Assembly (NCBI GenBank): GCA_963611815.1
Contig: CAVDSY010000003.1
Coordinates: forward strand, 9,178 to 73,177
Origin: a bacterium
Lineage (GTDB): Bacteria; Bacillota_I; Bacilli_A; RFN20; CAG-826
Reading direction: 5' to 3'
DNA: 64,000 nt
Part shown: in pieces, positions 10,622 to 20,335 of the stretch
Numbering within the stretch: position 1 is the first letter of the stretch
Layout: each line of letters begins with the position of its first letter
Position numbers and translations under genes: made by a program
The notes under the pieces: model-generated
Database searches by the model: none
The model's input: only the letters and a program-made list of their open reading frames with translations
What the model was told of the DNA's origin: nothing

Positions 10622-11446
10622 ATGAGAAAACCCACTGTATTGCTGATGATTCCTTTGCTGCTCGGATGTTCAGGCGGACCCGATCCCAAAAAACTCGATG
10701 GATATAAGCTTGTTTTTGAAGATGATTTCGAAGGCAGCCGTCTCAATACCGATGTCTGGACGTATGAGAAAGGCAATCGTGGTGGCTGGGGAAACCAGGA
10801 ATTGGAGTACTACACGGAAGAAAATGCCTCAGTCAAAGACGGCATTCTCACCATCACTGCTAAAAGAGAAGAGAAGGAAGGCTTCCATTTCACGAGCAGC
10901 CGCATCAAAACGGCAGGGAAAGCCTACATCACCTATGGGCGCATTGAGGCCCGCATCAAATTGAGCGCCGGCAACGCGCTTTGGCCCGCTTTCTGGATGA
11001 TGCCTGAGAAAAATAACGGCTGGCCCAAAGACGGCGAGATCGACATCATGGAAAATAAGGGCAGCGATCCTTATTCGACTTCTAGCGCTCTTCATTACCT
11101 CAATTCTGCTAGCGAGCACGAATACCAAGTCGGCTCCTACTCATGGAACAAAAGAGCGAATGAAGGCTCGATTGAGGATTGGCACGTTTATGCGCTAGTT
11201 TGGGATGAGGAAGGGCTGACTTTCTACGTCGATGAGCACGAGAAACTTTATGTCCCAAAGAGAATTTATCACTCTAGAGGTGGGGTTTATGAAGGGGATG
11301 GGAATGAGCCCTTCAACAAGGATTTCTACGTCATTCTCAACCTTGCTGTCGGAGGCAATTTCGATTCGGAGCACGCGGAGCCAGACAAGGATTTCGTCTC
11401 TGCGACGATGGAAGTTGACTACGTCAGAATGTACGCATTTGAGTGA
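10622..11446 (+). CDS. glycoside hydrolase family 16 lipoprotein (laminarinase/beta-glucanase-like)
   Basis: lipobox LLLGC; GH16 catalytic motif EIDIME; WPAFWMM block. Confidence 0.7.
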   Translation: MRKPTVLLMIPLLLGCSGGPDPKKLDGYKLVFEDDFEGSRLNTDVWTYEKGNRGGWGNQELEYYTEENASVKDGILTITAKREEKEGFHFTSSRIKTAGKAYITYGRIEARIKLSAGNALWPAFWMMPEKNNGWPKDGEIDIMENKGSDPYSTSSALHYLNSASEHEYQVGSYSWNKRANEGSIEDWHVYALVWDEEGLTFYVDEHEKLYVPKRIYHSRGGVYEGDGNEPFNKDFYVILNLAVGGNFDSEHAEPDKDFVSATMEVDYVRMYAFE

Positions 11447-11802
11447 GAAGAAGCGCCTTGTTTTCGCGGAGGGCTGCGTGGAGACTTTACTTCCGATTCC
11501 TCGGGCGCAATCGGCTTATATAATCCTTTCTGCGTTGCCTTGAAAATTATTTGAGAGATATCGATAACGATTGCGCGGCTTTCTTCGTTTGGAAACTCCT
11601 CGTTGATTTGAAATGAGACCATAACCACGTTGGCAAATACTGCGAGCCCTTTACGATGGGTGAAGAGATAATGCTTATCGCATTTCATCAAAAGGACGCA
11701 AAAACCATATATTTGAATAGTCTTGCACTGTTTTTGATTGCTGATTGCGTCAATAATCCCGACCGCGGAAATGTCTGCGTCTTTATTAGCAAAGCCGAGC
11801 AT
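11419..11802 (-). CDS. hypothetical protein, possibly a gene remnant
   Basis: 127 aa ORF only, no recognisable family. Confidence 0.25.
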   Translation of the reverse strand: MLGFANKDADISAVGIIDAISNQKQCKTIQIYGFCVLLMKCDKHYLFTHRKGLAVFANVVMVSFQINEEFPNEESRAIVIDISQIIFKATQKGLYKPIAPEESEVKSPRSPPRKQGASSHSNAYILT

Positions 11803-12066
11803 GGCTGCATCGAGATCGATTGAGTCTCTCTTCGGACAGCCAAGATGCGGCGACGCTTGTTATCTGAAAAGCTTTATATAAGCACAAAAGCCCTTTTTCG
11901 GCGGCTTTTGTCTTCGGAGCCATTCCGCGGATCTTGAAGCTTTAGGCCCGCGAAACGGCTTGATGGCCCTAAGGGAATTGATGCTTGTAAGGGGATTCGC
12001 GTGTTTGTCCTTGGCTAGGTAACCTTCGGATGGAGGAAAAGCTTCTTTGATACTATACTTAGCCCC

Positions 12067-13086
12067 ATGGAAAACCTCGCCGAACCGACGAAAAGCTATC
12101 ATCCGATACTGTCGTATCAGGTGGTCAAATACATCGGCGCCGTCCTTTTGGTGCTCTCTCAGTTGGTGACCCTCAATAAGGTCTACTCCTTCTATTTCGG
12201 CACGGGCGGATTCCTTGATGAGACTTTGACCAATGTCCTTGGGACGATCGGGCAGATGGGCTTGCCTCTCATCATGATCGGCACGGTAGCGGGCATCATG
12301 AGGAACAGGAAACGGATCTTCCTATATCTCATTGCCTATGCGGTGGGGGCGGCCTCTTTCATCTTCATCGAGCAGATTGCCGTCACGGGTTATCTTTACT
12401 TTGTCTTGAAGACATGCGGAATCAATCTGAGTTTCGACGTCGTCGTGACGGCGAAGAACCTCATCGTCAACACCTTGAACCATTTCACGAGCCTTAATGT
12501 ATTCGTTGATTTGTTCTTGTGCGCCGCCTTCTATTTCTTCCTTTTTTACACCCCGAAGAAGCACGTGAATATCTTCCGGTGCTTCATCGCCGTTCCCGCG
12601 GCTTACTTAATCGTCGCCTACATTCTCACGGTCCTCAATAAGTTTGGGGCGGTCGATCTCAATATCTTCGTCCTTTACCTTCTTCCCAGCAAGAAATACT
12701 CGGCTTACGTCATCGTCCTCTCGATGCTTCTTTACCTGAAGATATTCAGCAAGAACAAAGAGGCCCCCAATTGCAGCAGCAAGTCCTTCGCGGTCTTCAT
12801 GTCGTTCGTGGTCGTCTTCATCTGCATCGCCGACGCTTTCTTAAGCTGCTTTCCTAACGCTTCTAAGTTCTGCGCGGGCGGGAGCTACATGCTTTTCACC
12901 TGCGTGCCCTTCGTGCTCCTCTTCGATTACAAAGCCCAAATCAAGCATCCTTGGATCTCCTGGACTTTGCCTGGCTTCTACCTCGTCGGCTATGGGACCT
13001 TGCTTTATTTCTATACGGCCGTTGTGGTGGATGTCTTGCAGCATTTCAGCGAGATAAGGGATCTTTTCTCTGCGATGACGGCATAA
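12067..13086 (+). CDS. polytopic membrane protein of unknown function (~9-10 TM)
   Basis: 339 aa hydrophobic ORF. Confidence 0.5.
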   Translation: MENLAEPTKSYHPILSYQVVKYIGAVLLVLSQLVTLNKVYSFYFGTGGFLDETLTNVLGTIGQMGLPLIMIGTVAGIMRNRKRIFLYLIAYAVGAASFIFIEQIAVTGYLYFVLKTCGINLSFDVVVTAKNLIVNTLNHFTSLNVFVDLFLCAAFYFFLFYTPKKHVNIFRCFIAVPAAYLIVAYILTVLNKFGAVDLNIFVLYLLPSKKYSAYVIVLSMLLYLKIFSKNKEAPNCSSKSFAVFMSFVVVFICIADAFLSCFPNASKFCAGGSYMLFTCVPFVLLFDYKAQIKHPWISWTLPGFYLVGYGTLLYFYTAVVVDVLQHFSEIRDLFSAMTA

Positions 13087-13136
13087 TGAAATAACTCGAT
13101 TCTGCATTGATTTAGAATGAAATAAAGGGGTTTTGC

Positions 13137-13784
13137 ATGGATAAAGCGGCATTGATATTCGATTTAGACGGGACTTTGTGGGACAGCACGGAGGTGGTCG
13201 CGGAGAGCTGGAGCGAATGCGGGAAGAAGTATTTCGGAGAGGGCTTCTCAATCTCCCAAGATAACGTCAGGGCTCAGATGGGTCTCCCAATGGAAGAGAT
13301 TGCCAGAAGAATCGCCTTGCTCACCCCTGATCCAGAACTCGGGAAAGCGTGGGCGAAAGAGGCTTTCGTCTATGAGGTGGAATACCTTGCCTCTCACCCG
13401 GGCAGCCTCTTCCCCAAAGAGGAAGAGACCCTGCTCGAATTAAAGCGAAGGGGCTATTCCTTATATATAATGTCCAATTGCCAAAAGGGCTACATCGAGG
13501 ACTATCTCAGATCGTTGAAGCATCCAGAGGTTTTCACCGATCATCTTTGCTATGGGGATACCTTGCTGCCGAAGCATGGCTCAATCAAACTTCTCATGGA
13601 GAAGCACCTCATAAAGAAAGCCGCCTACATCGGAGATACGGCGGGGGATGAAAAAGAGACCAAGATCCTTGGCCTCCCTTTCTTCTTCGCCTCTTATGGA
13701 TTTGGCAAAGCCGTTGCCCCAGATGAGACGTTATCTTGCTTCGAGGATACGCTCCTCGCGGCGAAGAAAACGTTTGGGGTGTGA
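13137..13784 (+). CDS. HAD superfamily hydrolase
   Basis: motif I FDLDGTLWDS; motif IV GDTAGDE. Confidence 0.65.
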   Translation: MDKAALIFDLDGTLWDSTEVVAESWSECGKKYFGEGFSISQDNVRAQMGLPMEEIARRIALLTPDPELGKAWAKEAFVYEVEYLASHPGSLFPKEEETLLELKRRGYSLYIMSNCQKGYIEDYLRSLKHPEVFTDHLCYGDTLLPKHGSIKLLMEKHLIKKAAYIGDTAGDEKETKILGLPFFFASYGFGKAVAPDETLSCFEDTLLAAKKTFGV

Positions 13785-13800
13785 AATTCTTGAGGCCCTG

Positions 13801-15916
13801 TTAGCTAATTTTCAGCTGGATGCAGGGACGGATTGCCGTTTTGATTCCCAAACCATTGTTTTGGGTGCCACGGTACTTGGCAATCGCGCTACTCGGCGAT
13901 AAGCCTGGGGAACGGGTCCACCATCCAAGCACATCGCCGTCCTCGTCCGTTAACGTGTCAGCACTGACGAAACCATTCTCGTGGTTCATTATTTGACTAT
14001 AACTTGGCAGATAAGCCATGTCGGTCGTGTCTTCGCATGCATATTCGCCGCCAGAGCTATCAGTCGTTTTTGAGGAATTGTCGACAACGGCTGTTTGAAC
14101 CAAGGATTGATCATAGTAAAAAGCACGGGTGACGAATTCATTGTTAAGCCACTCTCTAATGTCGGATTTTGCGTAGTTATTAGCATGTGAGCCATCTTCG
14201 TAATCCTCGTCAGACTCGTTCCAAGAACGACGATCTAACGCGCCGTCGGCGATAAACTCTTTTACCCCATTGCCTTTGTCGGACATATACCGCCACTTGA
14301 TGGGCTCGACCTTTTTATAGCGCCATTCAGAAAATTCGTAATATTTTTCCCCATTGTATTCATAATAGCCTTGCGCATCGGCGGTTGTTAGGTTGTCCAA
14401 TTTGCTGCATAGTTCCCAATCGTTCACATCTGCTTGTGGGTATTCTCCGTTCTGCTTTCTGCTAATCGTTTTAGTTTGCGCCGTGACGGTCATTGAGGAG
14501 GTCACGTTATCTAGGGATTTGTCCCATCCGACAAACATGGTCACGTTTTCAGCGTCATAGGAATAACACATGTCCACGATTTCCTTGTAACTTGTGGGGT
14601 AGGTGGCCGTTCCATTCTTGGGCGCGCCGGCGCTTGCGAGCTTGTTGCTGGCGAGATCATTAAAGGTCACGACGTAGCCTTCGTAGGTCTCTGAAGTGTA
14701 TTGCGCAGTAAACGTTGTTGGTGAACTTATGGTGAAATCGGCGTTCGTGTCCCAAGAGGAAAAAAGATAGTTCGTCCCCATGCTCCCATTGGTGACAGGC
14801 TCCCTTACCGGGACAGGAAGCGCGCAGGTTATCCACCTGTTTTTTTTGATGACAACTTCCTTGAGGAGAGTGGAATCCCAATCGAGGAACTTGCACACAT
14901 AGTACGTCGACTCCTCATATTGAGCTATGAAAGTAGTATCCGCTTGGATTCCTCTGAGAGTCTTATCCCATCCTTTGAAGGTGTAGCGCGTTATAGTCCC
15001 CTCGTTGTTCGCCTCGTCTTTGGTCGGGGTCTCTCCGCTGTAGACCGCCTTGCCCCCGACGCCGCAGTAGGAAATCCCAATTCCGTCCCGTCCTCGTTGA
15101 CGAAGGTGCACTTGATGGCGTTCGGTGAATTGAAGATTGCGGTGTAGGTCGTGTCCTCGTAGATCGGACCGAGGTCCTTGTCCCAGCGCTCGAATGTCCA
15201 TTCTATCGTCGAGGATCCGTCGGTCTCACTTGGCCTGGTCGGAGCCTCCCCTTCATAAGAAGGCGTCTCCCCGAAATTAACTGTGGTTGTGGATAGAATC
15301 GCCCCATCGTAGTTTTTGAACGTGACGTTCACCAGCGACTCGAATTTGGCGGTGAAGATCGTCGGTTTCTGGATGTTGTCCAGGGGTTTGTCCCAGCCGA
15401 CGAAAGTCCAATGGGCCGTGCGCCCGTCGATGGTCGTGTCTTCCTTCGCCGGCGTCGGGCCTTCGTATATCGCGGACGCGCCTTTCTCGAAGTAGAACTC
15501 ATAGAGCTTCGTGCCGTCCCAGTTGTTGAAGATGCACGGGATATAGTTATGGCGTCTTGGCCGTCCTTGCCGTCGGCACCATTTTTTCCATCAGCACCGT
15601 CCTTTCCCGCGTCGCCCTTGTCACCTTTCTCCCCCTTCTCGCCTTTGAGGTTATCGATGAGGGTCCATCCGTAGGCGTTTTTCTCGTAGACGTCGTAGTT
15701 GGCGGTGTTCACGTAGTAATCGCCTTCGTTACCTATCGCCTTATCCGGCTCTCCTATTCCAGAGAGGACTTTCGAACCTTCCTGCGCTTCCTGCCTATCC
15801 GTGTCAACCACGCTGTCTGAGCTGCTGTTATAGCCTCCTCCGATGACCGCGCAGGAGCTGATGCTCATCACGGCTGAAAGCATGGCCAAGGCCAGGATTT
15901 TCTTGCTTTTGTTCAT
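13801..15916 (-). pseudogene. surface lipoprotein with collagen-like G-x-x repeats, Listeria-Bacteroides repeats and C-terminal DUF6273-like domain; two frameshifts (near 15545 and at the G5/C5 tract near 15045)
   Basis: Three successive minus-strand ORFs (15329-15931, 14991-15332, 13801-15201) each carry part of one domain series. Lipobox MNKSKKILALAMLSAVMSISSC; GEKGEKGDKGDAGKDGADGKNGADGKDG; repeated TF.GWDK..........T.TA.F units; C-terminal domain homologous to 22728-23531. Confidence 0.5.
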
Positions 15917-16050
15917 GGGTGTGTCCTCCAAGGGATGCGGGCAAGTGAGGGGTGTTCTCTCGCCGCTTGCCTTGTTCGCGTTTGCGTTGAAAACTTTAGC
16001 GTGCGGATGCGCGATATGAAGCGTCCATGTTTATATTTGATATGGAGAAC

Positions 16051-17052
16051 TTAGTCTAGGCCGAGCTTCGAAAGGAGGGCGATCATCTCCTCTTCGTTTA
16101 AAAGGGTTGCGTTAGCGGAGGTGTAGGCCTCTTTCTCTTCCATCTTCCTCTCGCCTTCGGTGAAGTATTTCTCGTAATTGAGGGAGCGCTTGTCTGGGCG
16201 GATGAGGAAGAAGTCGCCTTTATCTACCGCGCGCAGCATCTCCTCTTGGGTGATGAGGGTCTCGAAGAGCTTCTCCCCGTGCCTTGTCCCGATGCATTCC
16301 GGTTCGATGGAGCAGCCTTTCATCTTAAGAAGGGCGTCTGCCAAGGTCTTGATGGTCGCGGAAGGGGCTTTCTTGACGAAGAGATCGCCTTGCTCGCCAT
16401 GCTCAAAAGCGTAGAGGACGAGCTCTACCGCCTCCTCTAGGCTCATCATGAAACGCGTCATGTTCGGATTGGTTATCGTCAATGGCTTATTGGCTTTTAT
16501 CTGCTCTAGAAACAAAGGGATGACCGACCCTCTGCTGCCCATGACGTTGCCGTAGCGGGTGAGGCAAAATACCGTGTCGCCTTCGCCTGATTGCCTGCTC
16601 CTGGCGACGACGTTCTTCTCCATCAGGGCCTTGCTCATGCCCATCGCGTTGACGGGATAGGCCGCTTTGTCGGTGGAGAGGAAGACGGCTTTCTTCACGC
16701 GGTGCGACAAACAGGCGGAGATGACGTTGTCGCTGCCGATGACGTTCGTCTTCACCGCCTCCATGGGGAAGAACTCGCAGCTTGGGACCTGCTTCAAGGC
16801 CGCGGCGTGGAAGAGGTAATCGACATTGGCGAAAGCCCCTTCGATGGCCCGGTAGTCCCTGACGTCGCCGATATAGAACTTCAGCTTGCCGCTGGAGTAC
16901 TCCTTCCTCATGTCGTCCTGCTTCTTCTCGTCCCTGGAGAGGATGCGGATCTCCCTGATGGGGGTGTTTATGAGGCGGTCGACCATCGCGTGGCCGAAGC
17001 TGCCGGTGCCTCCGGTGATGAGAAGGGTCTTGCCGTCCAATAAATTGCCCAT
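16051..17052 (-). CDS. UDP-N-acetylglucosamine 4,6-dehydratase (PseB/CapD/FlaA1-like, polysaccharide biosynthesis protein)
   Basis: TGGTGSFG Rossmann motif; SRDEKKQ; AAALKQVP; YGNVMGSRGSVIP, typical of inverting 4,6-dehydratases. Confidence 0.7.
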   Translation of the reverse strand: MGNLLDGKTLLITGGTGSFGHAMVDRLINTPIREIRILSRDEKKQDDMRKEYSSGKLKFYIGDVRDYRAIEGAFANVDYLFHAAALKQVPSCEFFPMEAVKTNVIGSDNVISACLSHRVKKAVFLSTDKAAYPVNAMGMSKALMEKNVVARSRQSGEGDTVFCLTRYGNVMGSRGSVIPLFLEQIKANKPLTITNPNMTRFMMSLEEAVELVLYAFEHGEQGDLFVKKAPSATIKTLADALLKMKGCSIEPECIGTRHGEKLFETLITQEEMLRAVDKGDFFLIRPDKRSLNYEKYFTEGERKMEEKEAYTSANATLLNEEEMIALLSKLGLD

Positions 17053-17352
17053 CGTGATTGTTCTCCCGCTTCGTTAAGGGGATTTTATCACAACCTTCCG
17101 TCTCTGAGCTTTGAAGCCCCATAGATATGGGCGTCCCTTTGCCATCAGGCTCATCTGATTGCTCTTTCGAACAGCCGATGGTGGTGACCGGCGCCCGCCC
17201 CCCTCTTATAGCCGTATTCCGTGGCGGTGATGATGAGTTTCAGATTGGGCGGCCTCAGCGGGGCTTGGCCTTCACCGGGGGCATCCTCGGCATCCCCCAT
17301 TATATGGTTTCCCTTCTTTTCCTCTGGTCGCCATCCCTCTTGAATAAGAATT

Positions 17353-17413
17353 TCCCCATTTTCGCCTTAACACCCCAAATTCGGGGAAAACCCTGAAAAT
17401 GGGGTGTTAAGCT
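17353..17413. promoter_or_regulatory. nested and overlapping inverted repeats (two mutually exclusive 10-11 bp stems sharing a GGGG tract), attenuator- or riboswitch-like
   Basis: ccccattttc(17355-64)/gaaaatgggg(17396-405); cttaacacccc(17367-77)/ggggtgttaag(17402-12), followed by cttttctg. Confidence 0.35.
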
Positions 17414-17484
17414 TTTCTGCCAAGGAACCTTTTCGCATCGCTTTTTTACGACAAACGCTTTCCGACGGCGACCCACTTAAAATG

Positions 17485-17533
17485 GTGTTTGTATGGTTCC
17501 CGTGCCGGGGGAGTAGATTCTCTATACGAACAC
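17485..17533. repeat. ~48-nt hairpin repeat, copy 1 (GTGTTTGTATGG-loop-CTATACGAACAC)
   Basis: near-identical to copy at 18482-18530; 12-bp stem with conserved 23-nt loop. Confidence 0.7.
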
Positions 17534-17788
17534 TTTCGCCCACTTTATCGCCCGCCTCGTGGATGAAACTTCACGGGATAGCCAGCAAGATTCCGCCCTC
17601 TTCGAACGTGCATGCTTTCTCGAAATATTTCAAATTGACAACGGGGGGCACCCCGATCGATTTTCTCGCTTATGTAAAGCTGAAGAAATATCTCCGAGGG
17701 CTTTTATTGGTTCTCGCCGAATGTCCTTCGAAGAAGCTGCCTTTCGTTTGAAGGGGCGCCAGGGGTGAGAAAAAGGACTCTTCCTATT

Positions 17789-18058
17789 TTATCTTTCATA
17801 ATGCGACCACATGGCGTGGATCACTACGGCATGCTCCTGAACGTGCACTCTGTAGACAAGGCGGTGCTGGATATTGATTCTGCGAGAGTAATACCCATTC
17901 AAATCGCCGAGCAGCTTTTCATAGGAGGGTGGGGTCTGGAATGGGTTTTCAGAAAGAAGGGCCAAAAGGGATTTCGCCTTTTTCTCGAGTCCGGCCGCCT
18001 TCAGCTTCCCTTTATCATTTTCGGCGTTTTTGGTGAAGAGCACTGTCCACATCACCAT
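17789..18058 (-). CDS. yoeB: YoeB/Txe family type II toxin
   Basis: GYYSRRINIQHRLVYRV and C-terminal HAMWSHYE; 7-nt overlap with upstream antitoxin gene. Confidence 0.75.
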   Translation of the reverse strand: MVMWTVLFTKNAENDKGKLKAAGLEKKAKSLLALLSENPFQTPPSYEKLLGDLNGYYSRRINIQHRLVYRVHVQEHAVVIHAMWSHYER

Positions 18059-18303
18059 TCCTCGTCCGGATCGAACTTCGACATCTCCGACGTTTTCTCT
18101 TTCTCACCTTCTTTGATCTTCGAGACCAAATTGGGCTGAGACATGAGATAAACCGTTTCCAAAAGCGCCTCATAATCCGCTTCACTCAAAAGGATCGCGT
18201 TGCCGTTTTTCGTCGTGACCTGGACGGGCTCGTTAAAGCGGATGACGGAGTCGATCGTATTGAACAAAGTCTTCCTTAGTTCTGTAATGTTTGTCGTGGA
18301 CAT
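18052..18303 (-). CDS. yefM: YefM/Phd family antitoxin
   Basis: MSTTNITELRKTLFNTIDSV...LLSEADYEALLETVYL; ORF track start 18351 is likely an extension. Confidence 0.7.
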   Translation of the reverse strand: MSTTNITELRKTLFNTIDSVIRFNEPVQVTTKNGNAILLSEADYEALLETVYLMSQPNLVSKIKEGEKEKTSEMSKFDPDEEW

Positions 18304-18481
18304 TGTTTTCTCCTCCGGGGTTATTATGGATGGGGATATGTACACAAACAAGTACGTTTTTTACCTAACGAACGTTTTCAGTATGAATCAAAGTCGAGGA
18401 ATCAAGCTGGTCTCCATGGCTTCTTGCTGCTTTTTCTCGAGCAGGAAGCAGCGACCTGACGCGTTGACAAAAAGCAATGAG

Positions 18482-18530
18482 GGGTTTGTATGGCTCCCGT
18501 GCCGGCTGAGTAGCTTCTCTATACGAACAC
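18482..18530. repeat. ~48-nt hairpin repeat, copy 2; on the minus strand it is followed by a U-rich run (terminator-like) and on the plus strand it is preceded by TTGACA
   Basis: GGGTTTGTATGGCTCCCGTGCCGGCTGAGTAGCTTCTCTATACGAACAC. Confidence 0.7.
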
Positions 18531-18651
18531 CTTTAGTGGTGCCGTTTGCGTTCCCAATTGTTGATTTTGCCTTAATGGCACCGTTGTTTATTCCGTCTTT
18601 GCAGGCGTAGGCTTGTTCGGAAAACGTCTCGAAAAATGCGCCTTTTGGCGT

Positions 18652-19986
18652 CTAGTCTTTTAAGCAGGCAAGCGGGATTTCGTAGACCCCGTCCTCTCTT
18701 CTCAAAGCGACCATCCCCATGGTGACGATCATAAGAAACGCCGGCTTGCCCGTTTTCTCCTCGTCGATGTCGCCAGAAAGGGCGAGAAGCTTTTCCGCGG
18801 CTTCGTCGATGTCTTCCCGGTCGCCCATCTTGACTTCGACGAGGGCGTAGCTTCCATCTGAATATTCAATCACCGCGTCTGCTTCGCGATCCGCTTTGTC
18901 GCGGTAGTGGTAGAGCCTCGCCCCAATGGAATCGCAATAGATGCGAAGGTCCCTGACGCAAAGCGATTCGAAGAGAAACCCGAAAGTCCTCATGTCCTTG
19001 AATAAGCTCTTTGGGGTGACGCCCAAGGCGCTTGAAGCGATGGAGGGGTCAACGAAATGGCGGGTCGGCTTGCTGCGAATCGCGATTTTGCTCCGCAGAT
19101 TCGGGTTCCAAGCCTCGAGCTCCTCCGTGACATAGAGCCTTTGGAGGGCGAGGAGATATTTGCCCAAAGTCCTTTCGTTGAAGGAACCCTCGCTTGCGGC
19201 TACGTCTGCTAGAAAGGTGGAATCTGGGCATTCCGAGGAGACGTTTCTCGCGTAGGAGCGCAGCAGCTTCTTTGCCCTCGCCACGTCTTTTCTCAGGGCG
19301 ACGTCCTTCAAAGAGAAAATGTCCTCGTTCACGGTGGCATCGTAGAAATCCTTGGCTTGCTGCAAAGCGACATCCTCTTCTTGTCCGATGGCCATCGGCC
19401 AGCCCCCGCGGCAGATGAAGAAGGCGTAATCCATGATTGTCTTAGAGCAAAAGCAAGGCTTGAATTCGCCTTCGGAAAGGCTCTTCAAAGAGACCCCTCC
19501 ATCGCTGTCGAGGCTCTCGAAAAGAGACATCGGCCTCATCATCTTTCTTACAATCCGCCCTGTTCCGGTGTGACGTTCCCCTCTTTTGACTTTCTCTTTT
19601 TCGCTGACGCTGCCCGTGAGGATAAACTGACCGAAGGAGCGGCTTTTGTCTACTTGGTCCTTGATGGAATTCCAGATGAAAGAGATTTCCTGCCATTCGT
19701 CAATCATCAAAGGTTTCTCCCCCTGCTGAAGGAACAAAGTGGGGGAGGCTTTCGCGAAAGCAACGTATTGTGACTTGGTTTCCTCGATTGTGAGATCGAT
19801 GATGGTTTTGGCTTGTCTAGCGGATGTCGTCGATTTGCCGCACCATTTCGGCCCGACGACAAGAACGGCGCCTTTCGAACGAAGTGCGAACTCCAAAGTT
19901 TTGTCAAACAATCGAGGGATATAGGTTTCTTTCATTGAAACTCCTCCAAGGCGATAATAGCCTATTTGCCGAAAGAAATCATCCAA
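18652..19986 (-). CDS. AAA+ ATPase (AAA_14/DUF4143 family)
   Basis: Walker A GPKWCGKST; C-terminus ...GVYEIPLACLKD shared with the remnant at 23557-23715. Confidence 0.65.
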   Translation of the reverse strand: MDDFFRQIGYYRLGGVSMKETYIPRLFDKTLEFALRSKGAVLVVGPKWCGKSTTSARQAKTIIDLTIEETKSQYVAFAKASPTLFLQQGEKPLMIDEWQEISFIWNSIKDQVDKSRSFGQFILTGSVSEKEKVKRGERHTGTGRIVRKMMRPMSLFESLDSDGGVSLKSLSEGEFKPCFCSKTIMDYAFFICRGGWPMAIGQEEDVALQQAKDFYDATVNEDIFSLKDVALRKDVARAKKLLRSYARNVSSECPDSTFLADVAASEGSFNERTLGKYLLALQRLYVTEELEAWNPNLRSKIAIRSKPTRHFVDPSIASSALGVTPKSLFKDMRTFGFLFESLCVRDLRIYCDSIGARLYHYRDKADREADAVIEYSDGSYALVEVKMGDREDIDEAAEKLLALSGDIDEEKTGKPAFLMIVTMGMVALRREDGVYEIPLACLKD

Positions 19987-20115
19987 AATACAACCTTTGG
20001 CTTCCTTTCAATACAGGGTTTGGCTTCTTTCCGATACCAAATTTGGCTCTTCTTTTGTGCTGACGACTTTGCTTGAAGCCAGTGCGGTGAAAACATTTTG
20101 ACGAAGATCGACGTG

Positions 20116-20172
20116 GTGTTCGTATGGCTCCCGCGCTGTGGCGGTGGGGTGGATCTCATTTATAGTGTTACC
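20116..20172. repeat. partial/diverged copy 3 of the hairpin repeat (GTGTTCGTATGGCTCCCG...)
   Basis: first 18 nt match copies 1/2; lies between the ATPase gene start and the FGGY kinase gene. Confidence 0.5.
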
Positions 20173-20335
20173 TGTCAAAGCCCTACTTTGTTTGCCTTTC
20201 TGAATCTTGGTTCATCCATAGGCGCGAATCAAACCCCACCCTTCCTTTTTTGAGGAAGAAGCGGACAATTGTATGTAGCTTGCCCTTTATTTGCTGCCAC
20301 ATTGCTAAGGGTTGTCTCGCTTGGAAGGAAAGACC

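Noticed and set aside
17127-17751. ORFs 17127-17396 and 17404-17751 in the 17.05-17.79 kb gap
   Set aside because: No RBS and low-complexity composition. They overlap the inverted-repeat element and hairpin repeat copy 1, so they are more likely non-coding.
17485-20172. Integron or CALIN cassette array (repeats after TA and ATPase cassettes)
   Set aside because: No intI nearby, and the hairpin stems do not contain attC core sites (RYYYAAC / GTTRRRY). Kept only as an unexplained repeat family.
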